From: Squalus acanthias
Lineage: Eukaryota
Length of the DNA stretch: 64,000 nt
Direction: 5' to 3'
Assembly: GCA_030390025.1 (NCBI GenBank)
Contig: CM059431.1
Location: 151,840,001 to 151,904,000 of the forward strand
This document shows positions 11,942-23,574 of this stretch, piece by piece. Every line of letters begins with the position of its first letter. Position 1 is the stretch's first letter. A model generated the notes under the pieces. The model searched no databases, was not told the DNA's origin, and saw only the letters and a program-made list of their open reading frames with translations. Made by a program: the position numbers and the translations under genes.

Positions 11942-12998
11942 GTAAGTCCGTTTATTCTGTTGCTTAATAGCTGTTGACTATCTCACTGCTAATACTTATG
12001 TAACAGATTCCGAGAATACTCTCATTGCAGAGTCACTTATCCCAGCGAGCTGAATTGGTGAATATCAGCGGGAATCCGACCAGTCCGCGCAGTCTGGACA
12101 TTCGAGCCTGAGCATCGGGCGCTCAGGATTCCTCCCTTGACTGTGGGAGGGCGAGGTTGATTCCCCGGCCCCTCCAACAGTATTTTGTTCACTGCAGAAT
12201 GTGTTGCTTAGTGCCCATGGTAATCATCTCATTTGTGCCGCTGTTCCCTGTCTATTCTAAGTTAATAATTGCTCGGACTGCAGCCACCTCCACCCAACAG
12301 GGGGCTTTCAAACAGATTTTGAGCAATCACTGCCGCTCGGCTGCAAATAACTTCTGCGGTTCCACTAAGTCTCGCTCTGTTCCCGAATAGCTCCGCTCGC
12401 GGTGATCATAAATAGGAAAATCTCAGTTGATCGACGTAGATAGTATGTTTGCATTTCAGCTGAATGTTATATTTGAATTCATATCTTTGCAGTAAATGCT
12501 GTAAAATTATTTTAAATATTTTTCGAGGACTGAAGGAACTATGCTGGAAGGACGCGGGATTTTCAGTCCCTCTTGTGTTCAAAGATTTCTTCTTTTTAAA
12601 CATGCTGCCGCCAACGCTCGCCGATGTATAAAAAGTATTAGGGGTAGAAATTAGGTCACGCCCCATTTGGGGCGCAAATATCGTCTGGACGCAAATATTA
12701 GCGCCTGGCGCTAATTATCGGCACTGACAGGAAACTTCACTTTTACCGCCCCGGGAGGTGAGTGGAGCGCTAAATTAGGCGCTGCACACCTCTCTTAAGG
12801 CGCAAAGGCCAAGGAGTGAGGCGCTAACTCAGCGCACGAGCGCAGCGCAGCTGCTGCCAGTTAGCGAGGGAACACAGACACAATGGCGCCGGACACTTCT
12901 TAAAGCGGGGGGGGGGCACTTGCTCCCCAGCCACACCCTGCTCATTGCAGCCTTGAATCTCAGCCTGGAGAGACCTGTAATCCATATTGCTGCCAAGC

Positions 12999-15045
12999 AT
13001 GGAGAGGGTGAGAGAACGCGCTCATCGCTTCACCGAGCGGGCCTTGGATGCTCTGGTTGACGCAGTGGAGCGCAGACGATGCATGCTGTTCCCGGAGAGT
13101 GGCAGGAGGCCTTTGCCACGCGAGTTCAGAAGAGTGTGGAGGGAGGTGGCTCAGAGCGTCTCCTCCAGGAGCATGGTGCCCAGGACCCATGTTCAATCCC
13201 GCAAAAAGTTCAACGACCTCACTCGGGTCGTCAGGGTGAGTGGCTTTTTCTCAATATCTCTCCATCCCTCCATCTCAACCTCACTCTATGGCCAGAGGGT
13301 CTTAAAACCCCAATGCACAACACTCATCCAACACCTATGGCCCTTTCATCAAACACACACACACATTTCACACTTTGCATAGAGTAAGGGCTATTCACCT
13401 ATGGGAGGCACATCAGGCAAGACCATGGCTGCATACAGTAAGGGCTATTCACCTATGGGAGGCACATCAGGCAAGAACATGGCTGCATACAGTAAGGGCT
13501 ATTCACCTATGGGAGGCACATCAGGCAAGACCATGGCTGCATACAGTAAGGGCTATTCACCTATGGGAGGCTCATCAGGCAAGACCATGGCTGCATACAG
13601 TAAGGGCTATTCACCTATGGGAGGCACATCAGGCAAGACCATGGCTGCATACTGTAAGGGCGATTCACCTATGGGAGGCACATCAGGCAAGACCATGGCT
13701 GTATATTTACTCAGATGCTGTCCTTTTTCTTGCAGGCTAAGCTGGCTCATAATCGGAGACAGCAGCAACGGACGGGTGGAGGGCGGCTTCAGCTGCAACC
13801 CCTCAGCGATCTGGAGGAGCACGTCCACAGGATTGTGGCAAGCCGGGTGATCGGTCCCGTCACCACTGGAGACGCCGACCCCGTTGTGGACAGCAATGGT
13901 AAGGTCATCACCGTTTTGTACTCTGTCCTTCCACTTTTCCCTCACAATACCAGCCTTTGACACTTTCAATCCAACTTGCTAACTCGCTGCACTTATTCCT
14001 CCCTTACTGCCACCCTGTCCTCACGCTAAAGCCACTCTTGTACCTCCCTGCTTTCAGATGGTGATTCACCAGCTGAGGAGACGGGCCCTGAAGCTGCCAC
14101 TGGGAGTGATGCTGCAGCTGAGGAGGAAGAGGAAGCCGGAGCATCAGTGCCACCCTCTCCCGAGGAAGCCCATGCCCACACTAGGAACACGCCTTCCCCG
14201 GAGGGGAGCAGGGGGGAAGGGGCTGATGATGGTGAAGCTCCAGGACCAAGCGGGCTGCAGCAACGCCATGGGGGGGGGGGGGGGGTAGGAAAGAACGGGG
14301 GCCTTCTCCCCAGAGGGAGAGTATGCCAGACACTCCTACTGCAATGGACGCAGAGGAGGAGCGGCTGATTGCAGAAATGAACAGCCAGGCGGTGGGCATG
14401 CACACTGAGCTCATGGGTGCAGTGGGAAGGGTGCCCGAATGCACTGAATCACTGGCAAGGAGTGTGGAGCACTTCGCTGTAGCACAGGCGGATGCCACAC
14501 TAAAGCTTAGTGCTGCAATTCAGTCACTGGCTGCCAGGAACCCATCTGAGACTGCTCTCATGCAGACTCAGATTGAACCACGCGAGCACTGACTGCTGCC
14601 ATCCTCGATGGTTCGTGCACATGTCCCCGGGGCTGTCACCGCGCCGCAGCAGGCCAGCAATCTGTTCTCCGGCAAATTGCTCCGGATGCTGAGGGTGCTG
14701 CCCCGTGGGAGTGCCAGTGTGTCGGGCGAGCAGGGAGTTGCTGTCCTCTCTCACGATGACAGCATTCCTGCTGCCAACACTGTCACTTCTCCACTGCACT
14801 TGCCACCGCCTGTAGGACAGACTGCTGCCGCCCATGCAGAGTTGGTGCAGTCTGCAGCCGGGCCCTCCAGGCCCAGAAGTGGTCGAGGCCTTCCTTCAGG
14901 GTCATCTGCAGTGTCAGGGTCTGACGAGCAGCAGCCTTCCACCAGCCTTGCTGCAGACACTGAGGTCCCATTACGGAGGAGCAGTAGGGTTAGAAGGGGG
15001 GAAGTGCGCAAGGGAAGGAGATCACCCTCGAAGGGCAAAAAGTAG
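12999..15045 (+). pseudogene. Harbinger Myb/SANT-like DNA-binding protein gene; exons 12999-13235, 13736-13898, 14058-15045; frameshifts in the last exon
   Basis: RFTERALDALVDAVE...WREVA...KKFNDL joined to AKLAHNRRQQQRTGGG through GT-AG introns with matching phases. Frame breaks occur at the poly-G (about 14270-14285) and near 14580-14610. Confidence 0.8.
13383..13704 (+). repeat. 54-bp tandem repeat, 6 near-identical copies, in Myb gene intron 1
   Basis: Unit AGTAAGGGCTATTCACCTATGGGAGGCACATCAGGCAAGACCATGGCTGCATAC. Confidence 0.95.
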
Positions 15046-15339
15046 GAGGTGTGCCAAAATGCTGTTCATTTTTTTATTAAAGGCCGAGGTTCATGGTCCA
15101 ACTTTTGTTTAGTGTTTTGGACATTATCTCCAGGTTGTGAGAACCAGTTATGTTATTGACTGTTTTTTTGTGTTTATTTCAATGAGTTTGTCATGAGGAA
15201 TTGACACACACAGAGTTTGTAAAATAAATAAGTTTCTGTATTCAAAATATACATGGCTGCTGGTTGGAATTATTGGTGCCTTGGTCGGCTTAGGGGTTGC
15301 GTGCTGGGTTGATTAGTGTTTGTAGCAATGGCAGGAGCC

Positions 15340-16499
15340 CTAGAAGCGGCTTCCTATTAGTCGTTGACGGACGGCCCTTGCAGTTTGACCATTGTGGGCA
15401 GCCCTCCCGCCTTGGTGCTGCTGATGATCATCGTCCTCGTCCTCTTCCTCCTCTTCCTCCTCCACCTCTGGTGGTGCTACAAGGCCTGGTGGCATTGGCT
15501 GGGTCCTGAGGATTGCCATGTTGTGCAACATGCAGCACACGACTACGAAGTTCGAAACTTGCTCAGGCGAGTACTGCAGGGCTCCTCCGGAATGGTCCAG
15601 ACAGCGGACCGTTGTTTCAGCACGCCGATTGTGCGCTCAATAATGTTCCTGGTTGCTTGATGGCTTTCATTGTACCGCAGCTCAGCAGGGGTGTTTGGCG
15701 TACGGAGCGGTGTCATCAGCCAGGTGCTCAATGCGTACCCCTTGTCCCCCAGAAGCCAACCAACTGGCTGATGCGGTGCCTCGAAAACTTCTGCCACAGT
15801 AGTCTGGCGCAGGATGAAAGCATCGTGGCAGCTGCCCGGATAGTGGGCATTGACAGCGAGTATCACCTGTCTGTGGTCACAGACCAACTGCACATTCAAG
15901 GAATGGAACCCCTTTCTGTTCCTGAATTCCTCTGCATTCTCTCGCGGAGCACGCAAAGCCACATGCGTGCAGTCAATGGCGCCCTGCACCATGGGGAAGC
16001 CCGCTACCCTCGCAAAGCCCAGAGCACGGTCACGCTGCTTGTCTGGGGTCATAGGGAAAGAGATGAAGTCTCGTCTCCTTCTGAAGAGGGCATTGGTGAC
16101 CTGCCGGATGCAGCGATGCACCGCAAACTGGGAGATATTGGCGAGGTCCCCAACAGCAGCTTGGAATGAGCCAGTGGCGTAGAAGTTCAAAGCCACTGTG
16201 ACCTTCACTGCCACCGACACAGACGTCCTGGACCTCAGCTGAGGCTGCAGATCTGGCTGCAGCAGGTGGCAGAGCTCAGTGACCACCTCCTTGCTGAATC
16301 GCAGCCTTCGCAAACACAGCTCCTCGGACATATGGATGTAGGAGAGCTGTTCACGATATACCCTGGGAGGGTAAGCTCTCCTGTACATGCGCCTGATGGC
16401 CCTCCTCCGTCTGGCCATCATTGCCACTCTCTCTCTGCGTCTCAGTATCCTCCGATTCAGCTGGAGCAGGACGACGCCCCCAATCATTGCAGCCCCCAT
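15340..16499 (-). pseudogene. Harbinger (HARBI1-like) DDE transposase with one frameshift
   Basis: GAIDCTH, LLGDKGY and IERTIG catalytic motifs are present. Restoring one missing base at about 15608 gives KQRFRCLD...CCMLHN. The start codon is uncertain. Confidence 0.9.
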
Positions 16500-17122
16500 A
16501 TTCTCTTTGCCAGAAAAGTAATGAGGTACAGCAACTAAAGTAGCAACAAAGTTAGGATGAATAGGCAAAACTACCTCACAAAGCGTTGAGTCAATGTAGA
16601 AGTCTCTCTCTCTCTCTCTCCCCGAATCTCTCTCTCTCTCTCAGAACGAGTGGTGCATAAATGTCGACCACAGAAAAAGACAGGAAGAGGCCCCCTTTAG
16701 ATAGCGCCCCCCCCAGCCCCACACCGATTGATAACGTTCCAGTCTTCCAGGTCGTTGGAAGCGCCAGGCGGTAAGGCAGGGGGCGCCACTCAATTTCCGC
16801 TCCGGGGCGCCCCAAGGGCGTTGCACCAAGGAATGACGTCACAATCTGCGCGCGCAGGTGGTCGCAGCGGTAAGTTTTAGCGCCGCCGCACAATCTCAAG
16901 TTAAGTTCTCGAGCGGCGCAAACAGCGCTGCGCCCGGGCGTTAGCGACTTAACGCCCCATTAGCGCCCTCTTAAGGCGCTAACGGGAGGCGCAACAAAGT
17001 GAATTTTTACCCCTTAATGTGCATAACCCTAAATAGGGACATATCTGAAATTTCCCCCACTTTATGCTTTAAGGTATAGATGGGTGTCACCGTGACATAC
17101 CTCGTTTCCCTCTTCCTTACAG

Positions 17123-18030
17123 CGAACCTACTGACAATCCTGATTCTCTCCGGAGGAAATTGCGGCCTTTCCAAATGTATCTCTGTCTACATGGTGGCCA
17201 TGGCAACAGCAGATCTACTGGTCATGATCAACAATGTGATACTGTATCACACTTTTACATATCACTTTCCAGGTTCTTTCCTGTCCTACACTGCCGTTTG
17301 TAAGCTAATTGTGTACGTGAATTCTCTCGCACTAGATATGTCGGTGTGGCTTACAGCCTTGTTCACATTTGACCGATTTGTAGCTATATGTTGTGAGAAG
17401 TTTAAAACAAATTATTGCACCGTGAAAACGGCTGTCGCTGTTGTAACAACCGCCACTGCCCTCTTCTGTTTAAAGAACATCACCTTTTGGTTTGCATACG
17501 AACCTGAGCGAATAACTAACAATGTTCCCTGGGGATGTCGCTCCAGATTGGAGTTTTTTCTATCAGCTGCAGGTACAGCGTTCTCCTGGTTACAAAGTAT
17601 TTTAATTCCATGGCTACCTTTTGCTTTGATATTACTGTTTAATTGTTTGACAGTCAGACGTATTTTAGTGGCCAGTAGAGCCCGGAGGAGACTCCGCGAT
17701 CACAGCAGTGAGAGTCACAGCGATCCAGAGATGGAGAACCGAAGAAAATCCATTATCTTACTGTTCAGTGTATCAGGTAGTTTTATAGTGTTGTGGCTGA
17801 CAGCTGCCGTGAGTTTTTTAACGACCAGACTGACAAACCCCGAGCATAATCGAGGCGATTATGCAGCCCCTGCATATGTCGCCACAGAAACCGGATATCT
17901 ACTCATGTATTTGAGCTCCTGTACAAACACCTGCATTTATGCAGCGACCCAAACTAAATTCAGGGAAGAGCTGAAGAAGGTGGTGACATCTCCCTGGGTA
18001 TTGATTCTGACTTTGGTTAAATTAAATTAA
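17123..18030 (+). CDS. GPR139-like class A GPCR (copy 2), exon 2; spliced product 325 aa
   Basis: Acceptor ttccctcttccttacag and an open frame with TM segments. Motifs include AMATADL, FTFDRFVAIC, ENRRKSIILL and SSCTNTCIY. Confidence 0.92.
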
Positions 18031-18639
18031 AAATCAAAGTGAAGCTTCCTGTCCTAGCTAGAGCTCAATTGCATGCCTTGCTCCGCTTTAGAATGGCCCT
18101 CGATCTGCTACCAGGACAATGGATTGTTCTGTTTAAATAAACAGGTACCAGGAAACATTTTCTCCACTTTGTGCCGTGTGTTTGACGTCTGCTTCTTTCC
18201 CCGCGTGAACATAATCGATTTCTCCTAAAACAGCGCCCTTCCCGCTCAAGATTCAAAGGGAACAGTCATGATTGAGCTTCAGTAGTGGAGTGGAATATGT
18301 GGACGTCAGCGTTAACTACCTCACACGACAGGTACTGGAATGACACGCTCAGTTGAATTAACAGATAAAGCTTTATCTAGTGTAGAAATATTGAATGGTT
18401 TTACGATCCTGCTTATTTTAATTCTTCTGTAATCTTGCGGGCGCTGATCTCCCCATCAGACTCCGACCCCATTGTCTCCTGGACCAATACAATGAGGCCC
18501 TGTCTCCTGATGAGTGTCTAATGATGGAGACAGTAGGAACCTGACTCGTCAATGAGACAATAGAAATCTTTGTTCACAGATACTAACATACAATCTCAAC
18601 TGGTCATCAATATGTTGGAATGTTATAACTGGGGAATTG

Positions 18640-18945
18640 ACCATTCAACCCAACCAGTCGTTGCCGCCGTTCACCCTCCACCTGAGCAAAAGGTTCGAAT
18701 CACGTTCCCGGCTCTGCCTCGAAATGTCTTGAACCTATTTTTATTTCTGGATCTACCCAATTTAATCTTGAATATCGGTATAATTTCTGCCTATGTGAAT
18801 TCCACAGCCGGACGACTCTCGGTGCATGGAGATATTTCTCTTACCCTCAATTCTAAATCTCTTACATTTATTCTTAAATCTGTGGCCGTTAGTTTTTGAT
18901 CCCTCAATTAATGGGAGTAGTCTGCTTGTGTCGATCCTATCTAGA
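18640..18945 (-). mobile_element. Old CR1 3' fragment
   Basis: Minus-strand LDRID...LLPLIEGSKTNGHRFK, typical of the CR1 ORF2 C-terminus. Confidence 0.65.
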
Positions 18946-19855
18946 AACATAGGGAGCAGGCAGGGAGCGATTCTAATCATAAGACCCCGATCATTTGCTA
19001 GATGTCCAGAAGTGTCAGGGATGGTATTTTATGAGATGTTTCTTGCTGTAAGTTCTTGGGATATCACTTTGTGTGCAGAAGTGCCTTGTTGAATGTGAAG
19101 CATCCAGCATGCGATATGCATCATGGATATGCCCTGAAGAACGAGTGCAGGACAGGGTCGGTCACGCTGACAACATGGCTACAGGAAACGATTAATGTAA
19201 CTCTGGAGAGTGAGGATATCGGTAAAAGCAATGGGTAGAGATCAGGGTAGAAGAATAGACCGAGATAGACGCATGATGCTGATGAGATATAGTTTAATCT
19301 TGGCCGTGAATACTCTTACACCCAAAAACGGTCACTGTAAGCAAAACATTCCTCATACTGTCCTGACGTCTGCTAATGTTGTACTCTATTGGTTATTCTT
19401 CATATAGAACTAATTCTAACGATAAGTCTTTAGCTATTCAACGGGGAAGTAAACGTCAGCTTAAAGTACCAATAGGTTGTTGGGCCAGGATTGGCTCTGG
19501 AAGTATGTTAAGGTTCAGTGTTATGTAATAATGAGACTTGATTAAAGTCTGATTCATAAATTTCAGAGACCTTTAATCATTTGATAACAGAGTGGGAAGG
19601 TATCAGTTCAGCCATGGGAAGTATCTGGGCAAACATCAACATTTTGAATTGACAGCGACGATACAGAAACAAAGATGTATTTATAATTCAAGACCTCACG
19701 GGGGCTGGTATTCAATGCACGTCATGCTTCAGTTATGCAGAGATTTTGTCAGACCCCATCTGGAGTGCTTCATTCGGTATTGGGCACCGCACGGATATAT
19801 TGGTCTTGAATCAGGTGCAGAGTATACAATCTCCATAAATATTAAAATCTAACAG

Positions 19856-20025
19856 AGGCACGGACCCCGCGTGGTTCGGAAGGTGAAGGGACTTGGATAA
19901 ATAAATGGATGAAGATAGTCAGGTGTATAAAGCATCAATGCTTTCACAAGCGGAAACGGATTGAGAATGTTAACCCGCGCTTTTCGGCTTACAAGACCGA
20001 CGCCTTACCGTTTGGCCACCGCGCC
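19856..20025 (-). pseudogene. tRNA-Thr pseudogene (Thr-CGT-type body, anticodon TGT) interrupted by about 90 bp in the T-loop
   Basis: GGCGCGGTGGCCAAACGGTAAGGCGTCGGTCTTGTAAGCCGAAAAGCGCGGGTT (20025-19972), then the insertion, then CCGAACC...GTCCGTGCCT (ending 19856). Confidence 0.8.
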
Positions 20026-20164
20026 ACCTACTTGCAAACCTGGCGAATCCGGTTGTTCCACTGCAGTTGTGAGATATAAAATGTCAAATATGTTTCAAGG
20101 TTAATATCGAAATGGACCTTCCAATGTTCGGAGATGGAGTTCCGGCCAGTATATAAATGGATTC

Positions 20165-20620
20165 GTAGAATCATAGAGTCATAGAATGGTTACAGCACAG
20201 AAGGAGATCATTCGGCCCGTCGAGCCCGTGCCGGCTTTCTGCAAGAGCACTTCAGCAAGTCCTGTTCCCCCGCCCCTTTCCCCGTAGCCTTGCAATTATT
20301 TTTTATCCTTCAGCTACTTATCCAATTCGCTTTTTAAAGCCACGATTAAGTCTGCCTCCACCATCCTTGCAGGCAGTGCATTCAAGAACCTAACCACTAG
20401 CTGCGTAAAAATGTGTTTCCTCATGTCGCCTTTGGTTCTTTTGCCTATCACCTTAAATCTGTGTCCTCTGGTTCTCGTCTCTTCCACCAACGGGAACAGT
20501 TTCTCTCTATCTTCTCTGTCTAGACTCCTCATTATTTTGAACAACTCTATCAAATCTTCTCTCAACTTCTCCTGCTCCAAGGAGAACAACTCCAGCTTCT
20601 CTCGTCTATCCACGTAACTC
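20165..20620 (-). mobile_element. CR1 3' fragment
   Basis: LELFSLEQEKLREDLIELFKIMR...TRGHRFK, with a tagaatca-type tail. Confidence 0.85.
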
Positions 20621-21057
20621 AAGTGAAAGTTCATTAAAATTTGGAAAGTTAATGGACTGGGATAAATAAATGGATGAGGATAGTTAGGTATATAAAGCAT
20701 CAATGCTTTCACAAGCAGGAACGACCTGGGAATGTTAACAGATCGAGATATAATAGTGTGGAATAATGTCAACGATTGGGAATGCCAATGGTTTACGAAT
20801 TATCGATAGATTGGTAAACCAACCGCTGCCTTTATGACTGACTGTACCTTTGCCTATGTCAGTTTGTCTGTCACTGCTTCTGGCGTGTCACTTTGCACCT
20901 TCCGCCCGTCTGAGAGTCGGCTCAGTGTGCCAGAGCCAGAGCATCAGATTCAGGACGTCGTGGGTGCATTTGTCAATGTTTCGCCCGATTTTCGTCCGTT
21001 TCTCATTAGCTCTCTCGTCTCTGGATCAATAAGTCATGGATTCATATTCCTCTTCCG

Positions 21058-21392
21058 TGAGACCTGAGCGCGAAATCTAGGTCGTCACTCCCAGTGCAGT
21101 ACTGAGGGAGTGCTACAATGTCGGAGGTGCAGTCTTCTTTAAAGGTGGCATTTGCTCCCTCAGGTGGACATAAAAGATCCCATTGCACGATTTCGAAGAA
21201 AAGCAGTGAAGTGCTTCGCGGTGTCCTGGGCAATAGCTACCCCTCAACATCAATAAACAAGGAAAACAGGATATACAGTTTGCTATTTGTGGAACTGTGC
21301 TGTGCGCAAATTGGCTGCCGCGTTTCCTTCATTGGGTGTCAAGCGTTTTGGGAGGTCCGGCGGTCATAAAAGCCGCTATATAAATGCAAGTA
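21058..21392 (+). mobile_element. Deu-domain SINE (SacSINE1/AmnSINE-like), head truncated
   Basis: taaaagatcccattgcacgatttcgaagaa...gtgtcctgg and gtgcgcaaattggctgccgcgtttcc, ending in an L2-type tail cgctatataaatgcaagt. Confidence 0.75.
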
Positions 21393-21795
21393 TTCTGTCA
21401 TCCGCTATCAGTCTCAGTCCCTATGTCTGATTTAAGGTCCAAGTTCGTTTGTCCCTTTTATATGTTATACTGATGCATTAGGTGTGACTGTAGACTTGGG
21501 ACTAATTGACAGGGGATACTCCAAACGAGATTGACCATCTCTCTGTCTCTAATACCAGCAGATTTGAGAATAACAAAGAAGATAAGAGATCGGGAAATAT
21601 TTATGCCTCGCTCCTGTTTCAAACCACAAAATGAAGGAAATGCTACCGCCGGGAAACCTAGTCCGGCAGATTTGTTAAATATCCAAAGTTTACACGGGGA
21701 GTTAAAGATTTTAGCTGTGATGTGGAGAGACAAGGACACAGGGCGATTAAGTGGCGCGGGCAAAATTGTGTCACTAAAGATTGGAGTCTTAAAAC

Positions 21796-21868
21796 CGCTA
21801 CAGATACAGGTTCGAACCAGCGATCATCGAGTTTACAAGACGGATGCCGACAACTTGGCGAGCAGGCC
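21796..21868 (-). pseudogene. Degenerate tRNA-Thr pseudogene
   Basis: GGCCTGCTCGCCAAGTTGTCGGCATCCGTCTTGTAAACTCGATGATCGCTGGTTCGAACC followed by TTTT. The B box is intact but the stems are broken. Confidence 0.65.
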
Positions 21869-22719
21869 ACATGTCAGGACTGGTTACGACAACTTGTGGG
21901 TAAAAAGAACAAAATAACAACTAATTTTAAACTTTTTAGCCTTCATAAGGAGGTTTCCAAATCCAAGATTTGCCAGTACAACCAAGATGGTTAAAGAAGC
22001 AGAATCATCTCAAATGTCCTAAAATTCAAATTCAAATCATTAGCGTTTTCAAAATTCAAACTGCCAATTTTAATGGGTGAAAGTCTCACGTCCGGAATTA
22101 GAAACCTTCCCATAATTTAAAATAATAAGCAGAATTTCAATGTGGCCAAAATGAATTTCGGGTTTTCACAATTTAATAGGTTAGTTCAACTCAATGTCTC
22201 CAGTGTAATTCAGAACAATATTTAATTAACTAACAACAATACAGAGCAGATAAAATAATCAAAAAAGCACATGCTTACAAAATCCCAGAAAATAACGTCA
22301 TCTGTTTTCTTTTGTTCTTCAGGCGCCTTTCCAAATAACTGTAACATAACTGAAGAAAAAGGTGGCTTTCACATTTCAAGAAAACCTTGAACATTTTTAC
22401 ACAAAAGGGAGAGAGGGCGGATCCACATCCAGGAGCACCGAAACATTCACACAGGCTTTATAAAGAGACAGTACACTGAAATCTTGCAGCCTTTCGCAGT
22501 AGAAAAGGGACAGATTCTTTCCCTTTCTCCTTCTATATTCCATCATAGACTACTTTATCCTTTATCTCTCACACCAATATTTAAGTTCTAATGTTTGCTA
22601 CTTAACCGCATTTCGAATAACAGTCAATTATATCCAAGGCGAACTGGTTACCTTTCTCAGTCCTGTGAAATGTACACATGTAATCAATCTACAACTTGCT
22701 CTCTATCTACCCCATCAGT

Positions 22720-23200
22720 TCCCCTTAATATCTTGAACGCTTTGATCAAATCTCCCCTTACCGTCTAAATTCCAGGGAATACCACCGTCGTTTGTTTAAT
22801 CTCTGCTCGTAATTTAACCCATAGTTTCTGGCAAATCTACGCTGCACTCCATCCAAGGCCAATATATCCTTCCTAAAGTATGGTCTAACGAGGTATTAGT
22901 ATAACTGCAGAATAAATTCTACCCTCTCGTATTCTAGCCCCCTAGATATTAAGGCCAGCATTCCATTAGCCTGTTTGGTTATTTCTGTATCTATCCATGA
23001 CATTTTAATGATCTGTGTTCATGGACAACCAAGTCTCTTTGGACTGCCACTGTTTCTAGTTTTTCTCCATTTAGAAAGTACTCTTTTCTATTCTTGTATG
23101 TCCCAAGTGGATGAGCTTACGTTTGCCTGTATCGAAGTCCATTTGCCACAGTTTTTTGCCAATTTACTTAAATATTAATACCTCTTTGTAATTGTGTGCT
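22720..23200 (-). mobile_element. Old CR1 ORF2 fragment
   Basis: Degenerate similarity to the ORF2 3' region of the neighbouring CR1 (e.g. aaggccagcattccattagcc). Confidence 0.65.
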
Positions 23201-23574
23201 TCCATTGATTTAAAATAAATGTTAACTGAGGAAATCACTTAAAAAGTAATCTCACTGTGATGAGGACAAAGCACACTCTGGCACTTGTGTGTGCCTATGT
23301 TACTTGCCACTTATCAATCCAGGCCTGAATGTCTGTGATGTCTAGAAGAGATTGAGCTCTACGTGGCGAGCACAATGGATCCCCCACTGTTACGTCAGAG
23401 CACCCCATACTTTTGTATCTGTTCTACTCCCAGTATAAAATACAAAATGTATACAGCACATACTTACAGATGTTCTTCATCCTGTCACCTGCAGCGTAGT
23501 TGTTCTCGTAAGATGCAGTCGGCGGTAGTAGTTTACCTCCTGTCCCACAGCTCGCTCGCAATTGTGTTCATGAT

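Larger units (their letters stand above)
12641..17013. mobile_element. Full-length PIF/Harbinger DNA transposon inside the GPCR intron
   Basis: 12-bp TIRs GGGGTAGAAATT / AATTTTTACCCC (one mismatch), TTA target-site duplication (12638-40, 17014-16), convergent Myb/SANT and DDE transposase genes. Confidence 0.95.

Noticed and set aside
13375..13850. Repetitive 121-149 aa ORFs
   Set aside because: Translations of the intronic 54-bp repeat.
15513..16182. Plus-strand ORFs of 110-218 aa over the transposase, and the many ORFs antisense to CR1 ORF2
   Set aside because: Antisense shadows of real coding frames with no independent motifs.
15340..16499. Calling this the domesticated host gene HARBI1
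   Set aside because: It lies within TIRs and a TSD beside a Myb partner and is frameshifted, so it is a transposon copy.
17080..17122. ORF-track N-terminus MGVTVTYLVSLFLT (likewise 50229-50316 for copy 3)
   Set aside because: It is intron and polypyrimidine tract read in frame; the true N-terminus is the 70-nt upstream exon.
18276..18360. Possible tRNA-Val(CAC) remnant (gcttcagtagtggagtgg...cctcacacg)
   Set aside because: Only two short patches match, with wrong spacing and no B box.
18500..18560. Second hammerhead candidate (tgtctc-CTGATGA...gtc-aat-gagaca)
   Set aside because: There is no GAAA box and the helix spacing does not fit.
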